From the sequence record SRR20825006_330: a stretch of 60,875 bases of DNA; one strand, given 5' to 3'. Under the pieces are notes generated by a model that worked only from the letters and a program-made list of their open reading frames with translations, did no database searches and was not told the origin of the DNA. Shown in pieces: positions 51,798 through 60,875 of the stretch (its first letter is position 1; each line of letters begins with the position of its first letter). The position numbers and the translations under genes were made by a program.

Positions 51798-52050
51798 CAG
51801 GAAAAAATTTTCTGAATTTTTGGGCAACTTGTGGACTACGGCTTCATTTTTCACCAAAATCCACCATAACATCAACTGTTGGGATCATTCTCAACGCACT
51901 GATATATAATCGTAATTTCATAATTCAGAGGGCAGCCAAACCTCTACGGAGCACCTGAAATTAAACTATACCAAATTACTCCAGTTAAACTTGCGCACAT
52001 CATTCTATTATGATTATTGAACTCCAGTTATTCGAAACTGTGAGGCCGAT

Positions 52051-52905
52051 ATGCACGTCGCTCCTGCAACGACCCAAGATAAGCTAGTTCACTTACTGAG
52101 TGCCATCAACCGCGATGAAAGTGCGTTCTCCCCTCGCCTTATTACTTTTGCGCCCAATGGTCGTGAGGGACAGAATATTGGCGCTTTAACGCCCGCGGAT
52201 TTGCCACGTTTGTTTAAGCTGGCGACGGTTCATTATCCAAGTGCCGACATTAAGATGGGCGCGGCCTTTTCTATGGGTCGCTTGTCATGGGCGATCCTTC
52301 GCCCGATTGCGGGCTATGCCATGAACAATATGTGGCTGGATGGGGCCGAACTCGCCGCATTTACACTGCATTTGCGTCAGGTGTTTTGGCACAAGAACGG
52401 GCAAAGCGGCACCATGAGTGCAGCCGATATCAGTCTAGACAGCGCGCAAACCGCTTGGCGCTTTGCGACATCCGATGAGGACGTCGTGGCGCGCCTCACG
52501 CAAATGCTTGAGCAATTGTTCACGCCGCTTATTGAGGCACACCATGCGGCTTCCGGCCTCGCGAAGCCTGCGCTGTGGCGGCTCGTGGGCGACAGTTTGG
52601 CGACTGCTTTTCTGGTGCAGGGCGAAAATTTCAACTGCGTGATGCCTGCCATGCGGATTGCAGAGCAAATCTTAAAAACCAAAGGCAGCAAGCTTTTCGC
52701 CAAGCAGAGTGGATTTATTCAAATCAAACTGCCCGAACGGCCTGAAATCTCAGAATGGTTTCGCAAGCGTGGCGGTTGCTGTCGCTATTACACTTCAGAT
52801 GGCGGTGAATATTGCTCCACCTGCGTGCTGCGTGATGAAGACAGCATGATCGCTCGGCTGCAAACGCATTTGCGCGATAAATATGCAGAAGAACACGCCG
52901 CCTAA
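52051..52905 (+). CDS. FhuF-family ferric-siderophore reductase ([2Fe-2S])
   Basis: C-terminal RGGCCRYYTSDGGEYCSTC fits CC-x10-C-x2-C; LWRLVGDSLA motif. Confidence 0.88.
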   Translation: MHVAPATTQDKLVHLLSAINRDESAFSPRLITFAPNGREGQNIGALTPADLPRLFKLATVHYPSADIKMGAAFSMGRLSWAILRPIAGYAMNNMWLDGAELAAFTLHLRQVFWHKNGQSGTMSAADISLDSAQTAWRFATSDEDVVARLTQMLEQLFTPLIEAHHAASGLAKPALWRLVGDSLATAFLVQGENFNCVMPAMRIAEQILKTKGSKLFAKQSGFIQIKLPERPEISEWFRKRGGCCRYYTSDGGEYCSTCVLRDEDSMIARLQTHLRDKYAEEHAA

Positions 52906-52962
52906 TCCCACAGTTCAAAGGTCGCATAACCAGCGCTGCCGTCGGCAGCCGAAAGGAAAATA

Positions 52963-53928
52963 ATGAATAAGAATATTGCGATTTTGGGCGCTTTTTTGGC
53001 ACTGGCTGTGCCCACTTTTGCGCAAACATATCCGCTCACAATCGACCATAAATTCGGCACAACTGTGCTTGAAGCACTGCCAAAGCAAATCGCGACCGTT
53101 GATTATGCCGGGCACGACAATATTTTGGCGCTTGGTGAGCAGCCGCTGACGACACGACTGTGGTTTGGCAATTATCCAGATGCAGTATGGCCTTGGGCGC
53201 ATGACCTGCTTTCCGTCGAACCGGAGGTACTGAGCGGCCAGTTGAATTTCGAGCAAATTGCCAAAACCAATCCAGATGTGATTATGGCTATTCGATCTGG
53301 CATCAGCGCAGAAGAATATAAAAAGCTAAGCGAAATCGCGCCTGTTGTGGAGGTGCCGCCGGGTTATGGCGACTATGAATTGCAATGGCATGAGCAGGCA
53401 CAATTGGCGGGACGTGTACTAGGCAAAGAAGACGAAGCGCTCGCCAAGATTGATGAGATACGCGCGAAAATTAAGTCTGTCTCAGCCTCACACCCGGAAT
53501 GGGACGGCAAGACCTTCGCCATGGCCACCTATTGGAACGGCAGCGTTGGTGTTTACTCCGCATATGATTCAAGCGTGAAGTTCATCGAAGGCTTGGGCCT
53601 CACGGTAGCGCCTAGTGTGCAGAACATCTCCAAGAAGGGTGAGTTCTACGTCACCATTTCTGAGGAAGAGCTGCCCATTCTCGATGCTGATGTGCTGTTT
53701 TGGTTCACCACGCCAGAGTCTGAAGAGCAGATCAAAAGCCTGCCGCTACGCCCCACGCTTAAAGCCGCGCAAGAGGGACGCGAAATTATGATGTCCACCA
53801 ACTCCATCACCAACGGCGCCCTTTCGCATGGCTCTTTGATTAGCCTCGACGCTGCGATTGATGCATTGGTGCCGCAGATTGAAGCGGTGATCGATGGCGA
53901 CCCTGAGACAATTGTCGCAAGCAAATAG
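52963..53928 (+). CDS. Iron-siderophore ABC substrate-binding protein 1
   Basis: Signal peptide; YPLTIDHKFG, LNFEQIA..NPDVI and LSEIAPVV motifs. Confidence 0.9.
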   Translation: MNKNIAILGAFLALAVPTFAQTYPLTIDHKFGTTVLEALPKQIATVDYAGHDNILALGEQPLTTRLWFGNYPDAVWPWAHDLLSVEPEVLSGQLNFEQIAKTNPDVIMAIRSGISAEEYKKLSEIAPVVEVPPGYGDYELQWHEQAQLAGRVLGKEDEALAKIDEIRAKIKSVSASHPEWDGKTFAMATYWNGSVGVYSAYDSSVKFIEGLGLTVAPSVQNISKKGEFYVTISEEELPILDADVLFWFTTPESEEQIKSLPLRPTLKAAQEGREIMMSTNSITNGALSHGSLISLDAAIDALVPQIEAVIDGDPETIVASK

Positions 53929-53938
53929 GAATTTTACA

Positions 53939-54907
53939 ATGCAAAAAGCAATTCGATATCTTGGTGTCGCTGCCATGCTGGTTGTCTCCTGCACCACAGC
54001 GATGGCCCAAGAGTTTCCGCTCTCAATTGAGCACAAATTTGGCACCAGTATCATTGAAGAAAAGCCCGAACGCGTTGCGTCCATCGATTATGCCGGGGCT
54101 GATGATTTGCTGGCGCTGGGCATCCAACCCGTTACCATCCGCTATTGGTATGGTGATTATGACAGTGTGGTTTGGCCGTGGGCAGCACCATCGCTCGCAA
54201 CAGAGCCTACCATTTTACGCGGCGAATTAGATTTTGAAGCTATTGCCGCCGCACAACCTGATGTGATTATCGGCCTTTGGTCCGGCATTAGCGCTGAAGA
54301 TTATGAGCGCCTTAGCCTTATTGCGCCTGTTGTGGCTGTGCCTGAAGGTGTTGGCGACTATGCCCTGCCGTGGGACGAACGCGCCATGATCGCTGCGCGT
54401 GCGGCAGGTGTGGAAGAACTGGGCCAAGAAAAGGTGCAAAAAATCCGCGACCAATTGGCGGAAGTGAAAGCAAATCACCCTGAATGGCAGGGCAAAAATG
54501 TTGCTGTGGCAACCGCTTGGGATGGCACGCCCGGTGTTTATGCCTCCAATGATATTCGCCCGTTGTTGCTGGCCAATATTGGGCTCGGTACGCCGCAAAA
54601 AATTGATGATGCGGTTGGCGATGCATTCTGGGCGGAAATGTCGCCCGAAGATTTAACGCCGCTGGATACTGACGTCTTGATCTGGCTTTCTTCAACCGGC
54701 GAGTTTGGCCCCATCGAAGAACTGGCTGCACGCCCCTTCCTCAATGTTGTGCAAGACGGTCGAGAAGTGTTTTTGGGCAAAGAAGTCACTGGCGCATTCT
54801 CCCATGCCTCTTTGTTGAGCCTTCCCTACACCATTGATCGGCTGGAAGCAGCCATTGAAATGGCGCTTGATGGTGACCCAACCACACATGAAGACGACCG
54901 CCCGTAA
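53939..54907 (+). CDS. Iron-siderophore ABC substrate-binding protein 2
   Basis: Signal peptide; FPLSIEHKFG, PERVAS and LDFEAIAAAQPDVI motifs. Confidence 0.9.
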   Translation: MQKAIRYLGVAAMLVVSCTTAMAQEFPLSIEHKFGTSIIEEKPERVASIDYAGADDLLALGIQPVTIRYWYGDYDSVVWPWAAPSLATEPTILRGELDFEAIAAAQPDVIIGLWSGISAEDYERLSLIAPVVAVPEGVGDYALPWDERAMIAARAAGVEELGQEKVQKIRDQLAEVKANHPEWQGKNVAVATAWDGTPGVYASNDIRPLLLANIGLGTPQKIDDAVGDAFWAEMSPEDLTPLDTDVLIWLSSTGEFGPIEELAARPFLNVVQDGREVFLGKEVTGAFSHASLLSLPYTIDRLEAAIEMALDGDPTTHEDDRP

Positions 54908-54926
54908 GGCACGTTACGCGCAACTA

Positions 54927-54951
54927 GTGGGCCATTGGCCCACCCCTTTTT
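54927..54951 (+). terminator. Intra-operon stem-loop after the two binding-protein genes
   Basis: GTGGGCC-ATT-GGCCCAC then CCCTTTTT; could be a partial terminator or an mRNA stabiliser. Confidence 0.45.
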
Positions 54952-54966
54952 GAATTGGAGTTTCAC

Positions 54967-55830
54967 ATGGCCCAAATGGCAAATGATTTTTATCATAATG
55001 AAAAAGTGAAAGTCTTGCCGCTGACGCAAAAACCAGCGACGCAAAAGCCAATCAGCTTGCGGGCGCAAAATCTCAGCGCGGGCTATGGCGAAACACCAAT
55101 TCTAAAGCATATCGACTTGGATGTTCCTGAAGGTGAAATCACCATTCTGGTGGGACCAAATGGGTGTGGCAAATCTACGTTGCTGAAAACCATGGCCCGC
55201 ATTCTCACGCCCAGCGAAGGGAGCGTCAGCCTTAACGGGCAAAATGTGCACCAATTGCCCACGCGCCAAGTTGCACAGCAAATGGCTTTGCTTGCCCAGG
55301 GTCCGATTGCGCCAGAAGGCTTAAAGGTGCGTGAATTGGTGGCCCAAGGGCGCTTTCCCCACCAAACATTGCTGAAACAATGGACGAAGGATGATAGCGC
55401 CGCCGTTGATTGGGCAATGGAAGTGACTAATATTTCGCAATTTGCTGAACGCCCCATCGATGCCCTGTCTGGCGGACAGCGCCAACGTTGTTGGATCGCC
55501 ATGGCCTTGGCGCAGGAAACGGATTTGGTGCTGTTAGACGAGCCCACTACCTTTTTGGATTTGAAGGTACAGGTCGATGTGATGAACTTGCTGACTAAGA
55601 CTGCCAAAGAGGCAGGCAAAACCATGGTCATCGTATTGCATGAACTGAACATCGCAGCCGCATATGCTGATAACTTGGTGATGATGCGCAGCGGTGAAAT
55701 CATCGCGCAAGGTGATGTGAATGACATTTTCACACGCGAAAATTTACGCGCCGTTTTTGGCCTTGATGCACGCGTTATCTTTGACGCAGAAGCGGGTCGC
55801 CCGGTGTGCATGCCCAATCTGAATGGCTGA
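54967..55830 (+). CDS. Iron-chelate ABC ATP-binding protein (FhuC/FecE-like)
   Basis: GPNGCGKST, LSGGQRQRCWIAMALAQ and LDEPTTFLD motifs. Confidence 0.94.
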   Translation: MAQMANDFYHNEKVKVLPLTQKPATQKPISLRAQNLSAGYGETPILKHIDLDVPEGEITILVGPNGCGKSTLLKTMARILTPSEGSVSLNGQNVHQLPTRQVAQQMALLAQGPIAPEGLKVRELVAQGRFPHQTLLKQWTKDDSAAVDWAMEVTNISQFAERPIDALSGGQRQRCWIAMALAQETDLVLLDEPTTFLDLKVQVDVMNLLTKTAKEAGKTMVIVLHELNIAAAYADNLVMMRSGEIIAQGDVNDIFTRENLRAVFGLDARVIFDAEAGRPVCMPNLNG

Positions 55831-56842
55831 TGGACGCCGCGAAATAATGACAATTCAAAAATTTGGCGAAGCTGGACGCCTCGGCTTGATGGCTGCGGTC
55901 ATCGCCCTATTCTTTGCCTTACACATTTCAATCGGTGCCAAGGCTATCCCGCTATCAGATGTGTTCACCGCGCTGATCGCACGAGATGAAACTGTGTTTG
56001 ATCACATCGTTGTATGGAATTTGCGTATGCCGCGTGCGCTGATCGCCATGGTGGTGGGTGCCGCCTTGGCTGTTTCCGGTGCATTGATGCAGGGCCTTAC
56101 GCGCAACCCACTCGCCGACCCCGGACTATTGGGACTTTTGGCGGGCGCGTCATTCGCCGTTGTTGTCGGCTTTGGCATTTGGGGAAGCGCCATTGTGCCT
56201 ATCATGCCTTTGGTTGCCGCTGGGGGTGCCTTGACGGCCTCTGCGCTGGTGTTTTGGATTGCGTCTTCCGCGCCCGGCGGCGCACGTCCCCTCACCTTGA
56301 TTTTGGCTGGTGCAGCCATCACCGCCTTCCTTGGGGCCATCATCGCTGCTGTGCAGTTGCTTGACCAAGATAATTTCGATCAATTGCGGGTTTGGTTGAC
56401 AGGCACCATCAATGGCAACCGCATGTCTTACATGATGTGGTGCTTGCCTTGGTTGTTGGTTGGCTTTCTTGTTTCTTTCGCTGTTTCACGGCAGATCACT
56501 TCTCTAGCGATGGGCGATGAAGTGGCAATCGGTTTGGGCGTGAACGTGGCTCAGGTGAAAATCTTGAGCCTAATTGCAGTTATTGCTCTCACCGCATCAG
56601 CGGTCACTTTGTCCGGCCCTTTAGGCTTTATCGGGCTGGTCATACCCCATGCTGTGCGCCTTTTTGTTGGCACCGACTATCGTTTCGTTGTGCCCTATTC
56701 CGCTCTTGTAGGCGCCGCCTATTTATTGTTCGTGGATATTGTCGCCCGCATTGCCTTGGCGCCGATTGAAATTTCGACCGGACTGGTCACCTCCCTTTTA
56801 GGCGCCCCCTTCTTCGTGTGGTTGGTGAGGGCAAAATTATGA
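55823..56842 (+). CDS. FecCD-family permease 1
   Basis: RMPRA, QGLTRNPLADPG and GFIGLVIPH motifs. Confidence 0.93.
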   Translation: MADGRREIMTIQKFGEAGRLGLMAAVIALFFALHISIGAKAIPLSDVFTALIARDETVFDHIVVWNLRMPRALIAMVVGAALAVSGALMQGLTRNPLADPGLLGLLAGASFAVVVGFGIWGSAIVPIMPLVAAGGALTASALVFWIASSAPGGARPLTLILAGAAITAFLGAIIAAVQLLDQDNFDQLRVWLTGTINGNRMSYMMWCLPWLLVGFLVSFAVSRQITSLAMGDEVAIGLGVNVAQVKILSLIAVIALTASAVTLSGPLGFIGLVIPHAVRLFVGTDYRFVVPYSALVGAAYLLFVDIVARIALAPIEISTGLVTSLLGAPFFVWLVRAKL

Positions 56843-57891
56843 AGCCTGACCTGATTGTTCGCACACCGAACCAAAAACTCGCATTGCGCCTGCCAGTCCG
56901 CGCCCTATGGGTGCTGTTCGGCATGATGATCGCGTTGCTGTTCATCATCGGCCTATCGCTGATGCTCGGCAGCTACCCGCTATCTGCCAGTCAGGTTTTG
57001 AATATTCTGTGGCAACGCCCTGTCGACGAAACAGGCACAACCATCGTGTGGGAGTTTCGTTTCCCTCGGGTGCTGGTATCGATCATGGTCGGCGCACTAT
57101 TGGGTCTTTCTGGCGCAACCTTGCAAAATATAACCCGCAACCCCTTGGCGGATCCATCTTTGGTCGGCGTCAGCCAAGGTGCTGGATTTGCCGTTGTTGC
57201 TCTCACCGTGTTGATGCCGGAGCTTGGCTATTATTATCGTCCGCTTTACGCCTTTGGTGGCGCGTTGGTTGTCGCCTTTGTCATCCAATGGATTTCTGCC
57301 GGTCGCACGGGCAGCACCACCATGCGATTTATTCTCACTGGTGTCGGCGTTGCGGCGTTCATTTCTGCAGGCACATCTGCCCTTTTGACCTATGGCGATA
57401 TCAATCGCGCCACTGCCGCGTTGGGCTGGCTCGCCGGTTCTGTGCATGCTTCAAACTGGCAAGATGTTTGGCTTACCAGTGCCTGTCTGTTCGCCTTGCT
57501 GCCCATCTTGATGTGGGCAAGCCGCCCAATGGCAGCCATGCGCATGGGGCCGGAAACCGCCACTGGATTGGGCGTGAATGTTTCGATTGCGCGGTGGGGT
57601 TTGATCATGTTGTCCGTGGCGTTGGCGGCTTTCGCTGTAGCGGCCGTGGGACCTCTCGGCTTTGTCGGGCTGGTTGCACCCCATGTAACACGCCGCCTCA
57701 CCCATTCTGGTGTTGGTTTGCATCTTCTCATCACGGCAACAGTTGGCGGCCTTTTGGTCGCGGTTGCCGATTTGTTTGGCCGCACCGCATTCGCTCCAGT
57801 GCAAATCCCTGCGGGCCTGGTCACGGCCATTATTGGCGTGCCACTTTTCGTTTGGCTCATCATGCGACAGCAGGCCCGCACCGAACTTTAA
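56839..57891 (+). CDS. FecCD-family permease 2
   Basis: RFPRV, TRNPLADP and GFVGLVAPH motifs; ATGA overlap with the previous gene. Confidence 0.93.
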   Translation: MKPDLIVRTPNQKLALRLPVRALWVLFGMMIALLFIIGLSLMLGSYPLSASQVLNILWQRPVDETGTTIVWEFRFPRVLVSIMVGALLGLSGATLQNITRNPLADPSLVGVSQGAGFAVVALTVLMPELGYYYRPLYAFGGALVVAFVIQWISAGRTGSTTMRFILTGVGVAAFISAGTSALLTYGDINRATAALGWLAGSVHASNWQDVWLTSACLFALLPILMWASRPMAAMRMGPETATGLGVNVSIARWGLIMLSVALAAFAVAAVGPLGFVGLVAPHVTRRLTHSGVGLHLLITATVGGLLVAVADLFGRTAFAPVQIPAGLVTAIIGVPLFVWLIMRQQARTEL

Positions 57892-57928
57892 ATTTTCAAT
57901 TAGGTCGCACAACAATAAGGAAAAAATC

Positions 57929-58885
57929 ATGCGAACATTACTCTTACCGCTCACCATTTTGCTGAGCTTGGTGGTGCATACAGCTTCTGCCGCTGAGACG
58001 AGAATTTTTATTGATGATGCAGGTCGTCAGGTTGAAGTGCCTATGCGGGCTGAGCGCGTTATCTCACAAAATGACAATCGCCTCACCCTCCCTCTATTGG
58101 AGCTTGGCGTGCCTGTTGTGGGCAGTGCTGGCCGATTGGCTGGCGATGGCACCCCATTTTTGCGCGCCGTCCCCGATTTGTTGGGCATCAGCTTGGCCAA
58201 CTCGGATATTGAGTTTTTGGGCACTTACAATGATTTGGATTATGAAAAGATAGCCGGGCTAAAGCCTGATCTGATCTTCACCCAACGCGATGAATTTGTG
58301 GAGCCATTGTCCCGCATTGCGCCTACGCTTTACATTGACCCAAACAATTATCCCGTCAAAAACGGCATGAAAAAACTGGCCGACGCGGCTGGCCGGTTGG
58401 ACACCTATGAGCGGTTGTTGGAGAATTACGAAAATAAACTCACCACGGTTCAAAATCACTTTCCAGAAGAACAAGACATCACAGTTAGCGTCAGCTTCTC
58501 CTTCCCAGCAGGTGAAACACTTTACGCCTACACCGATCTAGGCGCCCTCACCGTGGCGCTTGATGATTTGGGGCTAAATCTTCCACAGCCAATCCTTGGC
58601 GAAGGCAAGCGCAGCTTTAGCGTCAGCCCTGAGCAAATCCAGCTGATCGATGGTGATTTCATCATCAATTTCTATGGCAACGAAGCCAGCGCTGGCCCGG
58701 AAGAAGTGCGAGCTGGTTTGGAGAAGTTCCTGCCAAACTGGTGCGCTCAGTTACACGCTTGCGAAAATGATCAGATGATCTTTTTTCCTTACGCCGCATT
58801 TGGCTATTCATTCTCCGCCCTGGAGCTGAATTTAGATTTATTGACCACTCATATTGCTGGTCGCCAATTCACCCCAATGCCGTAA
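57929..58885 (+). CDS. Iron-chelate ABC substrate-binding protein 3 (different subfamily)
   Basis: Signal peptide; FIDDAGRQVEVP..AERV, DYEKIAGLKPDLI and LSRIAPT motifs. Confidence 0.88.
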   Translation: MRTLLLPLTILLSLVVHTASAAETRIFIDDAGRQVEVPMRAERVISQNDNRLTLPLLELGVPVVGSAGRLAGDGTPFLRAVPDLLGISLANSDIEFLGTYNDLDYEKIAGLKPDLIFTQRDEFVEPLSRIAPTLYIDPNNYPVKNGMKKLADAAGRLDTYERLLENYENKLTTVQNHFPEEQDITVSVSFSFPAGETLYAYTDLGALTVALDDLGLNLPQPILGEGKRSFSVSPEQIQLIDGDFIINFYGNEASAGPEEVRAGLEKFLPNWCAQLHACENDQMIFFPYAAFGYSFSALELNLDLLTTHIAGRQFTPMP

Positions 58886-58915
58886 AAAACTGGCGGCCCT
58901 TCGGGGCCGCCTTTT
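58884..58915. terminator. Bidirectional terminator
   Basis: GGCGGCCC-TTCG-GGGCCGCC with flanking A and T tracts. Confidence 0.85.
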
Positions 58916-58926
58916 CTGTTGGCGTA

Positions 58927-60060
58927 TTAAACTCCAATTCTTGTCCAAGCTGAATCGTGTGCAGATGATTGGATCGCGGCTTCAATAAACTGCATTCCCA
59001 ACAGACCATCTTCCAGCGTTGGCAACAGGCAGTTTTCGCCGCGTCCGTTTCGGATCAAATCCGCCGCGTCTCGGTAAATGGTGGCAAAGCCTTCAAGATA
59101 GCCTTCTGGATGTCCCGGTGGCACGCGTGTTTGGCCTTGTGTTTGCGCAGATGTGCCATGCCCGCCTCTGGTCAGCAATTGCTTTGGCGCGTTGAGCGGT
59201 GCAAACCAGAGTTGGTTTGGGTTTTCCTGCGCCCAAGTCAGCCCTGCCTTTTCGCCATAGATTTGAATGCGCAAATTGTTTTCATTGCCCGGTGCCACCT
59301 GTGTGGCGAGCAAGTAGCCTTTTGCGCCGCTGGCATAGCGCAACATCATATGCGCATCATCATCCACCAAACGTCCTTCAACAAAGCTGGTTAGATCCGC
59401 CGCAAGTGTTTCAGGCGTTTGCAACGTTATAAAGTTTGCCAATTGCATGGCATGGGTGCCGATGTCGGCAATTGCACCGCCTTTGCCTGCTTGTTTTGGG
59501 TCTGCCCGCCAACTGGCCTGCTTGTTCTCCGGATCGGTGATTGCCTCGCTTAGCCAGTCTTGTGCATATTCCACATTGACCCGCCGCAATTTGCCCAGCG
59601 CGCCACTTTGCACCAAATGCCTTGCTTCCCGCACCATGGGATAGCCAGAGTAATTATGGGTCAGCACAAATTCTGCTTTGCTGGCTTTGCCGATTTCGGC
59701 CAATTGCTTGGCCTCATCCAAATTGGCGGTGAGCGGCTTGTCGCAGATGACGTGAATGCCCTGTTCCAGAAAAGCTTTGGCGACCGGAAAGTGCATATGG
59801 TTGGGCGTGACAATTGAAACTGCATCAATGCCGCCCGCTCGCGCTGCTTCAGCCTTGGCCATTTCTTTGAAGTCGGTATAGGTACGGTCTGGCGCGATGC
59901 CGAGCTGGGCAGCGGATTGTTGAGCCACCTCTGGCTTGGAAGACAATGCCCCTGCCACCAGCTCATATTCGTCATCAATGCGAGCGGCAATGCGATGCAC
60001 TGCACCAATAAAGGCGCCTTGGCCGCCGCCCACCATGCCAAGTTTCAATCTTTTGTGCAT
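58927..60060 (-). CDS. Gfo/Idh/MocA family oxidoreductase
   Basis: GMVGGGQGAFIG, TPNHMH, CDKPL, DIGTHA and GHPEGYLE motifs. Confidence 0.92.
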   Translation of the reverse strand: MHKRLKLGMVGGGQGAFIGAVHRIAARIDDEYELVAGALSSKPEVAQQSAAQLGIAPDRTYTDFKEMAKAEAARAGGIDAVSIVTPNHMHFPVAKAFLEQGIHVICDKPLTANLDEAKQLAEIGKASKAEFVLTHNYSGYPMVREARHLVQSGALGKLRRVNVEYAQDWLSEAITDPENKQASWRADPKQAGKGGAIADIGTHAMQLANFITLQTPETLAADLTSFVEGRLVDDDAHMMLRYASGAKGYLLATQVAPGNENNLRIQIYGEKAGLTWAQENPNQLWFAPLNAPKQLLTRGGHGTSAQTQGQTRVPPGHPEGYLEGFATIYRDAADLIRNGRGENCLLPTLEDGLLGMQFIEAAIQSSAHDSAWTRIGV

Positions 60061-60070
60061 CGCGATGCTC

Positions 60071-60875
60071 CTAGTCTATGCCCAACATTTTTTTGAGCGC
60101 GGCGCGGTCAGTTTCACCACCCGCAAAGTCATCAAACGCTTGTTCGGTCAAGCGGATCATATGGTCGGCAATGAAAGGTGCACCTTCGCGCGCGCCATCT
60201 TCAGGGTGCTTCAAACAGCATTCCCATTCCAATACAGCCCAGCCCTCATAGCCATGGGTGGCCAAGCGTGAAAAGATGCCGCTGAAATCCACATGGCCGT
60301 CGCCAAGCGAGCGGAAACGCCCTGCCCGGTTCAACCATGGCTGATAGCCGGAATAAACGCCTTGGCGGCCCGATGGGGTAAATTCTGCATCCTTCACATG
60401 AAAGGCAGTTATGCGCTCGTGATAGATGTCGATGAAGTCCAGATAGTCGAGCTGTTGCAGCAAAAAGTGAGACGGATCATAATTGATGGTGCAGCGCTTA
60501 TGGCTCTTCACCTTGTCCAAGAACATTTCAAAGGTAATGCCGTCGAACACATCTTCGCCGGGGTGTAGCTCAAAGCCAATGTCGACACCCCGCTCCTCAT
60601 ATTCATCAAATATGGGATGCCAGCGTTTCGCCAGTTCGGTGAAGGCCTCATCAATCAGCCCATCTGGGCGCTGCGGCCAAGGATAGATATAAGGAAATGC
60701 CAACGAACCAGTAAAGGATACGGTGACATCTAGCCCTAAATTGCGAGACGCCTTCGCGGCTTTCTTCACCCCATCAACGGCCCATTGTTGCCGCGCCTTG
60801 GGGTTGTTCTGCACCTCTTGCGGCACGAGGCCATCAAACTGCAAATCATAGGCCGGATGCACTGCAACCAGCTGC
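60071..60875 (-). CDS. Sugar phosphate isomerase/epimerase-family TIM-barrel protein (5' end outside the window)
   Basis: The frame stays open to the edge (QLVAVHPAYD); metal motifs FELHP, NYDPSH, FHVKDAE and LEWE. Confidence 0.88.
   Translation of the reverse strand, partial: QLVAVHPAYDLQFDGLVPQEVQNNPKARQQWAVDGVKKAAKASRNLGLDVTVSFTGSLAFPYIYPWPQRPDGLIDEAFTELAKRWHPIFDEYEERGVDIGFELHPGEDVFDGITFEMFLDKVKSHKRCTINYDPSHFLLQQLDYLDFIDIYHERITAFHVKDAEFTPSGRQGVYSGYQPWLNRAGRFRSLGDGHVDFSGIFSRLATHGYEGWAVLEWECCLKHPEDGAREGAPFIADHMIRLTEQAFDDFAGGETDRAALKKMLGID

Noticed and set aside
55083-55853. 256-aa antisense ORF, and many similar ones such as 15512-16108, 19287-19847 and 40337-40954
   Set aside because: They lie wholly opposite well-supported genes and are explained by codon bias.
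56907-57965. 352-aa alternative-frame ORF overlapping permease 2
   Set aside because: It has no recognisable motifs and an Arg/His/Cys-rich composition typical of a shadow frame of a hydrophobic gene.

Overview
This is chromosomal DNA from an alphaproteobacterium of the Hyphomicrobiales. The porin type and gene order suggest Devosiaceae, which is an inference. Bases 1 to ~39.5 kb are mostly core genome: the 3' end of tRNA-Pro, merR-ihfA-fabH-plsX-yceD, bamE, nusB-nrdR-glyA, ldtP-ldtR, hemB, an arginyl/leucyl transferase, parC, recO-era-rnc-lepB-acpS-pyrE-rel-rpoZ, NYN, UDG, smpB, dapA, a lytic transglycosylase and a porin. From ~39.9 kb the window is accessory metabolism: a GMC oxidoreductase and SDR pair, a LacI-controlled GH42/GH63 sugar ABC locus, an FhuF reductase with a siderophore ABC locus, and a Gfo/Idh/MocA and TIM-barrel pair cut by the window edge. 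I found no integrase, transposase, prophage, CRISPR array or defence system. The best candidate for an uncharacterised system is a three-gene envelope operon laid out like mycobacterial arfABC. It encodes a ~1250-aa membrane-anchored protein with about eight BON-like repeats and an OmpA domain, a 39-aa membrane peptide missing from the ORF track, and a TM/HhH protein. It converges on an alpha/beta hydrolase that appears catalytically dead. Other points of interest are the missing rib genes between nrdR and nusB, a candidate sRNA or micro-ORF next to rpoZ, a perfect 26-bp LacI-type operator and Irr-box-like motifs. All calls come from motif recognition by eye; no searches were run.
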